A stretch of 58,174 bases of DNA, counting the filler, from Sphacelaria rigidula (Eukaryota), in the NCBI GenBank assembly GCA_964200075.2. It is 8 parts of 8 records of this genome, joined end to end, with 100 filler letters (N's around TTAATTAATTAA, not from the genome) between each part and the next. Parts side by side here need not be neighbours in the genome. Positions count along the whole stretch, not along the records: positions 1 to 7,185 come from CAXNAA020016079.1; positions 7,286 to 14,470 come from CAXNAA020016080.1; 6 more parts are not named here. One strand, written 5' to 3'. Position numbers and translations under genes: made by a program. The first letter of the stretch is position 1, and each line of letters starts with the position of its first letter. Under the pieces are notes generated by a model. The model was not told the DNA's origin. It searched no databases and worked only from the letters and a program-made list of their open reading frames with translations. Shown here piece after piece: positions 1 to 12,028 of the stretch.

Positions 1-127
1 CACCCAGTTGGCACCGAACAGCACGAACAGAGCCAATGCTGTGAGATGGACAGCTTCCATGGTAAGGTCGTCACCTATTGCCCGGACGGCGTGTCCTACT
101 CCTTAGAGCTGCCTGTAGACCTACACC
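1..127 (+). repeat. Exact terminal direct repeat of scaffold 1, first copy (second at 7059-7185)
   Basis: CACCCAGTTGGC...GTAGACCTACACC identical at 1-127 and 7059-7185. Confidence 0.97.
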
Positions 128-837
128 CCCTTCCGTCTTGGATATTTCCGACATCACGTCCAAATTCGAAAGCGTTGGAAAAAGACGTTCGCGTGGGAAA
201 CTAGAATATGACATTGGTAATAGCTCTTGCGACGCGGGTGTTCCTACTTTCCTTGGAGAAACGTAGCCAAGTTCGTGTGGGAGAGAGCGCCTACCGTTGG
301 TAGTGGGCGTACAACACCCCCGATGGTGTGCTTCTCTTTCTTGATTTTTGTCGAGAGATCAAGGCCCTGCGTGAACCCAACGCCCCGAAAGATCCCAAAC
401 ACCGAAAGGAAAGATCTGGTGATGCGTTTTACAGAAGAGGAAAGATCTTGAATAATGATTTGTCGACCTTCCACCTCTGTTGCATCTGCATCTTGACCAG
501 AACGACAACGAAAAATAATGTGAATATTCGATGAACGACGTGTTAACGTGAATAAATCTATGGTCTGCGTTAAGTTACTGTTCGATTTTACAGTTTCGCT
601 GGTAATCGGTACTATCACTTTGTTTTGCTGTGTCCTATCTAACCCATCTAACCCGGGCGAACTGCAAACTGTGAAGTTATTTTGTGCGGGGATTACACGG
701 AGGTGCGGGGGATTTCGAGCTGGCATATGCTTCAATATACCGGAATGTTCGGTACGCATTCCGGCATGGTCCGGCAGAATATCGGGCCCTGTTATGAATG
801 CTACGGTATGATTAGGAGGGGTTTTTACTAGGGCTGT

Positions 838-2600
838 GAAGTGGACCATGGGGAGGAATAAAGGAAACGAGGGCGGTGTCATCACTTCATCACGAATCTC
901 GCCATGCGCTCTGCACCTCCTCCATCTTCGCCTCTTCTCTGACAGTGGTGCAGAGGAGCTCCCCTCCGCTCTCCGAGTTAATTTCCTTCTCCTTCCTTCA
1001 CCTGCTCCGTTTCGCTTTCTTTTCGGTCCGCTCGCAGCCTCGCTCCCCCTCGTTCGTCCGTTTCCTTCATTATCCGCTCTATCCAGACGGAATTTCGCTA
1101 ATGCTTCCTGTTCTTGTCGGTGCCATTTCGCCATGAACCATTTCACCCCTGTTTCCACCTTGCCGTAAAATTGCGTCCGGTTCCTTGGCGCTCGTTTTCC
1201 ACCTGCCCTCCTCCTCCTCTTCTTCGATGTCAAAGATCTCAAGACTATCTTCTAGGCAATACATCCAGTCAGACTCTTACGACCCTCTGTACCCATTCCC
1301 CGCCTCCAACGTTCCAAGCATGGCGCGCTTCGGGAGTCGGTCATCTCCCACCATGCGCATGGCAAATCCCGCGAAGAGTAGTCTCCGCGTGCGCACGGTG
1401 CGGCCTCGAGGGTCTTGGTGTAGTCAGTCTTGAGGAGGGCCCCGGTGTAGGACAGAGGGACGAAGGGCGTTTCGTGCGCGTCCCTTGTTCCACTCGATGA
1501 AAAGCGCGAGAAAATAGTGGTGGACACTGTTGAGCTTTGCGTGTTGATGCTTTAAGAGGGTCCAAGTCGTGCACCGGTACAGAATAATCTCAACCACTTC
1601 GCTTCGGGGCAGTCGTACTTTGAGCCGGAGGAAGAGCTCCCGACGGTCGTACATCGATTGGACATCCCGCCTGTAGCGTTCCTACCCTCGGTCCAGGCGC
1701 CATCTACTTGTCCATCTTCCTTCCCTCGCAAAAAGTCTCCCCGAAATACACAAACTTGATGGTTCGCTTGCATACCTGGCCGCCGGCGTTGACCCTGAAT
1801 CGGCACTCCTTCACCCCGTTCCGCAGGAAGGGCACGATCTTGGTCTTCGACTCTGATATCGTCAGTCTGAACAAACCCAGAACGCGCACGATGGTCGATC
1901 GACATCATCCTCTCGGGGTTCTCCGGCAATCGCGAAACGATACCCGCATCGTCGGCGTACTGCATACCCCACAGCGACTCCGCGGTCTCCGCCACCGTGA
2001 CCCCCCCTTGTCGCTCGGCTCTTTCCTGATCTTCGCCTTGTCCATCGTCACCTTGTCGTCTTTGGCGAACTCATCTACTGATATCAAGAGCATTGCGGCG
2101 AAGAATAGATTGAACAGCAGCGGTGTCAGGTTTCACCCCTGTAGGAGCCCCTGGCCCATGTCGAACCAGTCGGAGCACGTTCCATCGTCCATCCGCAAAC
2201 GCACTCTCATGTCGTCGTGGGACTGGGGAATGACTGCTAATATCTAGGAGGAAAGGCGATTCGCTTGAGCACAGTCCACACCAGCCCTCAGTCGATGAAG
2301 TCGTATGCCTTGGTGAGCTGGATGAAGCACGCGGAGGGCTTCCGCGCCAGCTCGTGGGGTCGCTGGATCACGAACATCGTCCGGTAGGTCGAGCTGGCTG
2401 GACGGAAGCCGCTTTGCACCTCCGGGAGGATGCCCTCGCGCTCGCAGTAGTTGCTTGAGCATATGGTGACCAGCTTGAGTATGACTTTGCCAGCATATGC
2501 CACGAGGGAGATGCCCCGGTAGTTGCCACACGCAGTCGTGTCCACCTTCTTGAACAGTACCTTAGTGGTGGCGTCCTTCTACTACTGTGGCATCTCCCGT
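838..2600 (-). mobile_element. 5'-truncated, frameshifted RTE-clade LINE (reverse transcriptase and 3' end)
   Basis: Minus-strand fragments [71 protein letters not shown] on both flanks (834-837, 2601-2604). Confidence 0.88.
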
Positions 2601-2959
2601 CTGTCACATGATGACGATGATATCGTAAAATGGATAGAGGTGGTCGTAGTCTCCATCGAGAAATCGTAGCGCTGTGAACTGGCTGCTCTGGCCAGTCAAG
2701 TTTAAACTGTCCGCGCCAGCGGCCAGTACATCGATTGCTTTCCAGTTAATCGGCGAAGCTGGAAAACAATCGGCGCCGCGAGCCGCCAACGCCCCCCCCC
2801 GGCTGGTGAGGGGGCCCCGCGGGAGCGCCGCCGGAGGGGAGGAAAATTGCGTTGTTTGGCTTGTTTTTCCTCCAAAATGTGGAAAATTGTAGAAAATGTA
2901 ACCCCTCACATTGAGGAGCTAAAAGCCTTGGATAACACAGGAGTGCCATAAAAAACTCC

Positions 2960-3064
2960 GGGACCCTATGTACCCCCCCCCTCCCCCCCCCCCCCCCCCG
3001 GCGCCGGGGGTTTTTTTTTTTTTTTTTTTTTTTAAAACAAAAAAAAAAAAAATTCGGTGGGGCT

Positions 3065-3098
<34 letters not shown>
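2960..3098. repeat. Low-complexity poly(C)-poly(T)-poly(A)-poly(G) block, possibly partly artefactual
   Basis: Long homopolymers in roughly self-complementary order. Confidence 0.6.
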
Positions 3099-4432
3099 CT
3101 GGACGACAACGGGATACTAAGTGGCTACAACATCTCGTTCAACTTCTGACGGAATCGGGGTCTGCTTCATGCAGATGTGGGTCTACGGGCGCCCATCACA
3201 CCACTGCCGGATAATTAGGACATTTAGTTGAGCCAGGTCCTCCCGAGGGATTCGGGGCATACGGTTGGCGGCGTCTACATAGTTACCGTATGGGAGGTTG
3301 AGTTGCTACAGGACTTTGGCCCATTCTGTGCCCACCTTGTTTATTCTTGTATTGGTCATGCTCTGAATTTGAAATTCTGAGGTGGGAACAAATGCTGACC
3401 TTTTTTTGTTTGAATATTTCAACTTCACCTATAGCTTCTGCCAGACGATCTGGACAAGAGGACTTGCAACGAGGGACTCCTCCAGTATCAATGGCCTCGT
3501 GCTGGACAAATCCTTTCTTCTAACTTGTTATTATAACGGAGTGATCCTCAACAGACCACGAGTCAGACAGCAAGGGGTCACACAGAAAAAGGGCCATCAA
3601 TCCATATGCTGAATCCTACGGCTTGGTATCATTTGGCTACATACTGCGTGTAAACGGTGGCGACTTAACTAGGACAAGTGAACTGCCAGGCTAGCTATGG
3701 GATCAAATTCCTCGTTACACTGCTGTTTTTTTCGCAAGTGTTTACATGCTTATTTTTTTTGCATTTTTGCTGTCTCTGGCCGCGGAGGACGAGGGGGGGA
3801 GGACTCTCATGTTGATTTGCAGGAATTGTTTTGCTTTCGGGATGTCAGGCGGATCACCACTGATGCCGCGGCAGCCCCGCACAGGAAGGTGGTTGCTTTG
3901 TGGAGGCAAAATCTACATGTAAATCAAGTTGAAAAGCGGAGCACAAGGAGCAGCTAGGAACTCTGACTCTTGGGGTCGCTTTTGCCAATGTCGCCCATAC
4001 AACGTTATTATTAATTCTCGTCTTCCTCTGTCGCTGTTTCATTTGTGCATATTGATGGTCTGATTCATGCACTGTGACCACGGGTTCGAGAGATCGAGCA
4101 ACTCTGGCGAAAATACTTACCATGCAAATAATGATGAGGAGATGCTTCTGCGGACTGAATTCAGCTACAAAGCGCCATGCAACAATTTCCTTCGTGATAG
4201 TTTAGGGGCTGGTTTTGAGTTGCCTATCGCGACGGCACTCGGCCCCCGAAACTGTGGGATCAAACCAGCACCATGATAAACGGGGCAAGTGATGAAACCT
4301 TCAAAACCGCCCCACTCTACTGTGCAAGACTCCGGTAAGAAGCCCCGACGATCATTTACGTGTAAAAAGTAAAACACTGGTGAGCTGGGCAACGTAGGTG
4401 TATACTTTTTTAGTTTCACCCATAAATGTTTC

Positions 4433-4681
4433 GCACTTTGAACCCCTACCCTTCCTTGGGACGAGTCCGTGGCCTCAAGCGATCAACCCATCTCTCCCCG
4501 GTACGCGTCTTGCATTGTGCCCTCGCGGAGTGGGTTAGCACTACCACTCTTCGTCAACTCTCGTCAAACAAACGCAAATTGGGGAATCAGATACTACAAA
4601 GAAAAACCGACGCATCGGGAATCGAACCCTTGTCCTCTCGACCCTAACGGCGACAGTCGCACCATTACACCACCGAGGAGC
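4433..4681 (-). mobile_element. tRNA-derived (tRNA-Pro-like) SINE, copy 1
   Basis: Minus-strand head GCTCCTCGGTGGTGTAATGG (A box) ... TTAGGGTCGAGAGGACAAGGGTTCGATTCCC (B box); body homologous to 55336-55626. Confidence 0.7.
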
Positions 4682-5359
4682 GGCGGCACATATAAGTCCG
4701 GCGGAAGGGCACATTTTTTTTTAACTCGTGCAAGCAATGGGGTCCTGGCCCTGGTCGGGCATCCCAAAAACCTTTGGACGTGCTCTTAGACGTAGCATCA
4801 GTGACGTGATATAACACCCCCTTGAATCATTTCATTTTTTCGGTTTTTACCGTCAGTGATGTGAGATAACACTCCCTACAACGATTACTTCCGCGGCATT
4901 TTGCACCATAACCCGTGGGAAAACAGCAGGAGAAAACCCCTCTCTGTTCTCCATTATTTCACCCTCCTCCACTCTGTCATCACTCTCCCCGGTACTCCAA
5001 ACGGCCTCGCAATCCACGCCTTCACAACTTGTCCCTCTTTCCCCCCGATGCCTTCCTGGCAGGGCTGGACAGCATCCCAGCCGTTCTTCCCTCCAAATTA
5101 CTACCTTCACGCATGCGGTAGCAACTCTCCATCGGTATCGATCAGACATCAACAGACATTCGTTCAGCCACCTCATGCGTTCTTACTCAGATCACTAGTT
5201 GAGGTGCAAACAGCGTACTAGGGGCTACAGCAGCACGGCAAAACAAGCTCGAAATGTGAAAGTACTCTTCGCCACCATCTCGAACCGGAAATATTCTAAA
5301 TTCTTGAACCCGGCAGGTGAGCAGCATGAATAAACTCTCAACATGAGAGACCACAAACC

Positions 5360-5450
5360 TGTGAACTGAGCGGGTAATTGTGGCAGATTGTGGAGCATTC
5401 CATGATATTTCCGATCAACCATCCTCTACGTACAAACCCTCAGATCCCCT
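5360..5450 (+). mobile_element. Possible Ty1/copia protease relic
   Basis: RVIVADCGAFHDI resembles the copia protease motif I(V/A)DSGAS.H; surrounding frames are stopped. Confidence 0.3.
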
Positions 5451-7058
5451 CAATCTGATCCCTACACATCCTCTTGTACCTCATAATAATAATAATTATT
5501 ATTATGTTCGTCACGTCAGCCCGATCTCTCGAACACGTAACTTTTATAACAGCACTTGTAAAAGAGTAGATTTCGTGACGACGGCTGTGGCTGGATTTGT
5601 ACTTATAGCTATTACAGAAAAAAATCATGTGCGACGATCATCGAACGCCACTAAAGGCAACCGGAGGGTACAGCGCAACACACAGTGGTGCGCAGGATCG
5701 TCTTTCGGCGGGCGAATTAGACATCCTAATATATCGCTGCAGTACTGAAGACCACGTGCGTGAGATTACTGGACGCATGTTCGAATACGATGGAAATATT
5801 CGAATACTCGAATACTCTTATGGCAGCACAAGAGCCCGCGCACATGGAATGAGAGAAGCGATCCACCTCGACGGCGCGAGACTACAGGCAGGGCAAAACA
5901 TACACAAAACACACCTACACAACAGCACAATCCGTCGCGTGGGTGAAGAACGCGCACGGCAGGCGAGGAAGGAGACGGGGAGGGAAGTGATCATGACAAG
6001 TACACTCAGTAGACAATCTGTAGGATTGCGGACCGTTTCAGTACGCCGTGGAAGACTGGAAATTGAAAGCAGCAGCGGGCGAATCAAAGAACGCGACCGA
6101 CGGCACTCATTTGTGATTCGAAACGGTAGACACGTTTTCTCTAAATCTTCTCGACTACGAGTATTCACGTACATACTCTGGAGTATGCTGTACTGCTGTA
6201 ATATAATGCCAGTACAAGGTACGGTACGCGCTGTGCATTTTGAAGGTCACACAGGACAAAGACTGTAAACACAGACTGCATGTGTTTCGTCTGTATTGTC
6301 GGTAGTTTAGTAGGAGCCCATGGGTCGTATACTCTTACACACGTCCACGATACTAGGGAGCACCAGCGGCAGCAGCAGGTTTCAACTTAGCAAGGTGTTC
6401 CGGTTGGTCCGTCGGGCACTGATCGATTTCGCTGCTTCATTGACGACGCAACATCGCCCTTTGGATACAGGTCTTCTCTACCTTCGTCCCCCAGAAACAC
6501 CACTACCGTTCCCTGCCTCCCTGGACGCTACGTCCCGACTTCCGTAAAATACCATTTTGTGTAAAGAAATGTTCTAACCAATGATTTCCTAAGTGTGCAG
6601 GCAAAAACCTCTCGCGCAGGTGCTCTCTACTCGCTTGTGAAGCATCATACGCTGCGGGGTATGAGGGGGGTTGACCGATTAATCATCCACTGGACATCCG
6701 TCTGGATTGTCTGCACAACTGTCTGTGTACAGACGGTAGAGTGGCCAGTGAGAGACAATGCGGTCACCGGTGCATTGCAGTCAGTATGTGACTACGTTGT
6801 AAAACACACCCGACCAAGATGCGGACGTTCTTCGCTCCAGTGCGATTACCCGACTCTGCAACTACGGTTCTGCTAGAGACAATATACGCAAGACCGAAAT
6901 GCCTGCACGAGAGCCTTCCAGCGGCATGCCTGTCTGCCGTGGCCAGTGGCCACGCCGCCATCGGGATTATCGCGTTTCGAAAGCGTCCGCACCACGAGAC
7001 CAGCTTTCGTACTGGCAACGTTTTCACAAGACGTAAGCACCCAACTTGGCTGTTAACT

Positions 7059-7185
7059 CACCCAGTTGGCACCGAACAGCACGAACAGAGCCAATGCTGT
7101 GAGATGGACAGCTTCCATGGTAAGGTCGTCACCTATTGCCCGGACGGCGTGTCCTACTCCTTAGAGCTGCCTGTAGACCTACACC
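7059..7185 (+). repeat. Exact terminal direct repeat of scaffold 1, second copy
   Basis: Identical to 1-127. Confidence 0.97.
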
Positions 7186-7285
7186 NNNNNNNNNNNNNNN
7201 NNNNNNNNNNNNNNNNNNNNNNNNNNNNNTTAATTAATTAANNNNNNNNNNNNNNNNNNNNNNNNNNNNNNNNNNNNNNNNNNNN
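7186..7285. other. Artificial scaffold linker (also at 14471-14570, 21756-21855, 29041-29140, 36325-36424, 43609-43708, 50892-50991)
   Basis: 44 N + TTAATTAATTAA (stops in all six frames) + 44 N, seven times; intervening scaffolds decrease 7185 to 7183 bp. Confidence 0.98.
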
Positions 7286-7457
7286 GCATTAAGACGCTGC
7301 AGTACTGGCAGACCTGCTAGCGTCACAGGTCGTAGACACAAATCCGGCTTTGTCACGCTCTTCGACTGTCCATGGCGGTCAGTATAATATCATGTATGCG
7401 ACTTTTGAGTAGGTGTTGCGAAAGGCATTTGCTCCTGACACAAATTTTGGGTGATAA

Positions 7458-7962
7458 AGCCGCTTCTTATAGACTGAAAAAAATCTCTCTGAGAACTGCT
7501 CTTTTGAACCTTCAACCACGGGTTATTGGCGGGACACGGGCCTTGGCGGATTTGGCCTCCTGGGGAAGATTCGCTACTTTTCTCACGACGATTCCAGCGC
7601 GCTTGTTCGATCTTTCGTACTCCCAGTTTTACTCTTGGCCGGATTCTGGATTTTTTCAGTCACCGCGAAAATCGTCTAGCTGTCGGGAAAAAGACGTCCT
7701 TTTTCCGTACAACTCGAAGTTTTCTCAAGGGACTGAAATAGTCACCTGGAAAAATCCAGAATCCGGCCAAGAGTAAATCTGGAAGAAATATAAAGATCGG
7801 AAAAGAGANNNNNNNNNNGTGCTGGAATCCTCGTGAAGAATGTAGCAAATCTTCCCGACGAGGCCAAATCCGCCATGGCCCGTATTCCACCAATAATCCG
7901 TGATTGAAGGTTCAAAAGGGCAGTTCTCAGAGAGGTTGTTTTTCAGTCGATAAGAAGCGGCC
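7458..7962. mobile_element. Foldback MITE, PIF/Harbinger-like
   Basis: ~140-bp imperfect TIRs (7458-7600 vs 7819-7962), inner inverted pair TTTACTCTTGGCCGGATTCTGGATTTTT / AAAAATCCAGAATCCGGCCAAGAGTAAA, TAA target duplication at 7455-7457 and 7963-7965. Confidence 0.85.
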
Positions 7963-9393
7963 TAAGCGTGAACCAACAAGCCTGTAGCAAAAATGGACAA
8001 CTTGGAGTGGAACATAATAATGACATCCCAATCAACGCTGGACTCTCAAACTCGCGAAAACCTTATTATTACTCGTGGTCTGGATGAGATAGAGGGCACG
8101 CAATAATTCGACGCTCGAAATATGTTCGTGCGCCCATGTGCCGTAGCACCACTCTACGAATATATCTTGGGGATGTTTTTTTCCGAAACCATACATGCAA
8201 AAACCAGCATTGCCCGCCAGTAGGAACTATGCTACACACATGTGCATGCCGTTGTATCCGGGATGGCGTGTGAAGGGTGCTTGCGGGATGGCCGTGCAAC
8301 GTGTAACGCACGGTCACATCACGCCGACTCGACGTGTCGTCCGCGAGACTGTAAGCTTTCGGAATCCAAAAAGTGGTACCGCTGAAATGGTGCCGGTGTT
8401 TGATTCGAAGAATACGTGGTCACATAGACACTTCGGTGTGGTGCAGGCGGAATGAAGGTGAGAAACTGGCACGTAAAAAGGGAGCCAAACATCATCCGAC
8501 GTCGTCTCTCTAGCGTTCAGCGCATCGGACATTAGGTCATCATAATTGAGAGTAGAGCTATTTATCAAGGATGATAAGCGGAAAGCTGATATCATCGAAT
8601 CCACACAAAAAGTTCGAAATATTGTTGCATCTCTTCACCCACCGGTAGTTATCGGTAAATACTGCACGCCGTACAATTCTGGGTTTCAATCACCGAAATT
8701 CGGGCCCCCATATATGTATATATATATACATATATGTGTGTGTGTGGGTAACGTACGTGATCCATAACGACCGCCTACATTCCCCAAAATCGCCTTTTCA
8801 CCTTGGACCTCGAAGTTTCGGTTTTACGCATCCCATCCACAGTTGTTTGGCATGCACTTGTCGCCAATGGCTGCCAGTACGTGAACGAATGCAATAAGGG
8901 GTCGAAGAATTGCTGTAGATGACAACATTCTACGGGTTGTCATCCTCGTTGACAAACTCCATCCCCAATTTCGATTATCGACTGCGATCCGTGTTACCAA
9001 CGACGCCTGGCGGTTCACTCGCTGTGCAAACCAAAGATTGGACACAGTCTAACTCTTGGAGTCGATGCGCGTGCGGTGGTCGGGTCGCACAGAACTCCAA
9101 CACGTTGAGTGCAAGGCCACGTCTTTCTACTGACTTGTGTTTTCTTAATCGTTTGATTATTGTCAATGCTTGCCTTCACCTTCAACCAGTGATTCGCCCA
9201 AGGGCATCCGCCGGACTACTCGCCGTATTGATGTGCACCCAAGGGTGATCACACCAAGCACAACAAAAATATCCTATTGTACGCGACGAACGGGCTAAGA
9301 ATTCCTAGAGGAGACAACAACAGCCACGGTTACATATATACCTGCGCAATCTATCCACACGATACATGTCTTCAACTTTCTCTACAGGCTAGA

Positions 9394-10320
9394 TCAAAAC
9401 ACGAATTCATCGTCATGGTCTTTGCCCGCTTCCGATGCCGAATCCTCTCCCTCCGACCCGCTGCACTCGGAATCTGAATCCCCAATCCAGATCCCCGCTG
9501 AAAACTTCGACTCGTCTTGTGAGGGTCCATCTCCTTCGCCGTCGCTGCAATTACGACTGGTAGGATCTGTTCTCGGGTCCGATCCCTCTCCCATCACCCT
9601 CCCGCCGTCGCGCCAGAACGGCGCCCCACCATGAGTATGATTTACATCTACCCCTGGCGCTTTTCTCGCTCCATTCGCCTCGCTCCCAGGACGCAACGCC
9701 GCTGACCCGCCTCTTTCACGGTTCGCCGTCGATCCGCCCCTCCCGTTATGACGTCGGCGGCGTGTACCGATGTTCACTGCGGCGGTATTGTCAGTGGACG
9801 TCGCGTCTGTCGCCAGGGAAGTGGGAGGGGGCAACCAGCATCGGCCCTGGCAACCGCAGCTCAGCGTGCAGTCCCCCAAACACCTGCATCCCTGGCACCG
9901 GTGACGTCTTTGCGCCGCCCTTTCTGGCTTGCAAGCACATCGGAGGATTTGCACGTTCCCGGACGTATCCACGTACGCGTGGCTCGACGAGTACACCACT
10001 GTATTATCCCGTGTAAGCTCCATCGCCCCTCTGCTCGCTGTCTTCACCCCACCTTCATGGCGAGTCTTCTTTTCCGGTTCAACGCCCCATTCGCGCCCGC
10101 TGTAGTTCACTGTGGGCATGCTCTTCCCAAACCTCCCCCTCCAATACTTCGAAGTATTCGAATCCTGCATCAGACTTAGCCACGTGCATCCTACATGCGT
10201 CCAAATCCGGGCAGCAGCGAGAAGGCTGTGCCCATGTACTGTGGAGATACACAGGCGGATATTGTTCACGAATGACTCCAAGTTCTGCCCACACGGCGAT
10301 GGCCCTGAGATTTACCACCT
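9394..10320 (-). pseudogene. C-terminus of an Academ-like transposon protein with a 9-Cys tesmin/CXC-like finger and acidic tail; frameshifted
   Basis: CACK-x10-CQGCRCLGDCTLSCGCQGRC (9838-9939), preceded by MPTVNYSGREWG and, in an adjacent frame, CPDLDACRMHV (10181-10213). Confidence 0.5.
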
Positions 10321-10715
10321 GCGCCGTACGTTCGGATTGTGCCGGTCAAGATCCGCTGTCAACCGCGGATGTGCCATGTGTTGGACGGGATGGCGCTGGG
10401 AATGGTGCAAGCACTTCACAACCTATCCGGAGGATACGGAGTAACGGTAGATGAGCACAACGTGTTAGCCGTGTGGTCTTTCTGATTTTGCGGGCGTAGG
10501 GGTTGCGGGTTCATGGGACAGGGAGTCATTCCGAAATGTATGCATACTCAATTCCGTTCAAAACCCACATTCATCAGCGGGAACGAGTATAATGTAGTCA
10601 GGTGCCGGCGGTCTTCAGCACTTACTCTTCCCGTGGTATTGCTGCATCAAGCGCATTGTGGTGCTCTCACCTCGAGATCGATCGCGGTGCCGTATCTCCT
10701 GTTCGGACTGCCCCG

Positions 10716-10770
10716 ACTGGCGTCTGAGAAGTCCTCCAGAACCCCACTGGCGCCTGAGAAGTCCTCCAGA
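10716..10770. repeat. Two-copy 30-bp-period tandem repeat
   Basis: ACTGGCGYCTGAGAAGTCCTCCAGA at 10716-10740 and 10746-10770. Confidence 0.8.
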
Positions 10771-11172
10771 CGTAGCACCCCAAGTGTGAGTCTTGGGGAT
10801 CTTTCCGCATTTACGGTCAGCGAATGAACCGGGGAGTGGGTGGGGTAGGATTGCACATCAATGCTTTTGATTCTAGGTGCCTCCAACATTGCAGTTCTCG
10901 TGCTGCGACGTCCAATAACAACGGAGTTTTGCTTGCTGTATCATCATCTGTCATGGTCGCCGTATCCGATCATCGTATCGTATTGCTGTGACGTCCAACT
11001 TCCGAACTCGAAATTTATGTACAATTACAGAGCGCGACCGATGTTCCAGATTTCGTAGGTAGGTAATACTCTCAGGCTTGCTTTTTTTTCATTTCAAGAA
11101 TTTTCTGGTGAGCATTCGTGGTGAACTCCAGGGAAAAATAATAATCAGAAATCGGAAAATGCAAGGGGGTCA

Positions 11173-12028
11173 TAGACTTTAGCCCCGTAAGCCCGTTTTT
11201 TTCCTTTGAAATTAAGCTCCGTTTTTTATATTGGCTTTCCCCCTTTGTTTTAGGCCCCATTCAAAGCTTTTTCAGCGAAAATATGCGTATTTTATGCACC
11301 TTCTTCGCGCCCTTATTGCGGTGTCGTGGCAGTATGCCCTCACGAGGCGCACCTTCTAGCATGAGGATGAGACGACAATTTGAGTATTCGAAGTGTTAAA
11401 AATGGTTTTTAATTTAGAAAGTAAGACTTTTTTTCGATCATTGAGTTTGAGGGCCATCCCAACCTACCTATCGAAACAATAAATGCCACTACATACTCGT
11501 ACACGCATGATACATGAGGCAGCAGTGGAGCATTGCAGCCTCTGAACACAGGATATTGCAGCCTTTGGCCTCTTGCCCGGCACGCTACAAGCTACAAGCT
11601 TCCCTGCTGCTTTCACTGATTATCCTTCCAAAACGCTGTAGGTTGTACGTTGCACAATGTACAATGAGCCCCATCGCCAAGTGTTGTATTATACAAAATA
11701 TTGATTTCTCTTTCAATTCGACATAGTACCACACATATGAAATATACAGAGAAACGTTATTCGGATCAGACCCGCAACCATGGCAGTTTGGAATATCGAA
11801 GCCTATCTGATGACGAGTGACGGTCACATCATAGGCCATAGGGGGTACTTTCAGGCAGCTGGCTGCAGGAGGCCCATACAAAAATATCGCAATTTTATGC
11901 GCGTATCGAGCATATTATCAGCGTTTCAGACACTTTCAGCTCGTTTTAAGCTCGTAAAAAAAGCTTATTTCAGCCCAAGACCCCCAAATTAGACTAAGCC
12001 GTAAGCGCGCTTACGGAGCTAAAGCCTA
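11173..12028. mobile_element. Non-autonomous hAT-type element (856 bp)
   Basis: TIRs TAGACTTTAGCCCCGTAAGC / GCTTACGGAGCTAAAGCCTA; 8-bp TSD GGGGGTCA (11165-11172) vs GGGGGTCG (12029-12036). Confidence 0.82.

Noticed and set aside
244..1242. 332-aa ORF as a gene
   Set aside because: Chimera of the LINE 3' end and flanking DNA across the insertion junction at ~838
4607..4681. Functional tRNA-Pro gene
   Set aside because: Acceptor and anticodon stems pair poorly, and it is attached to a repeated body
7230..7241. Regularly spaced TTAATTAATTAA as a biological repeat
   Set aside because: Always centred in 100-nt N linkers; a concatenation artefact
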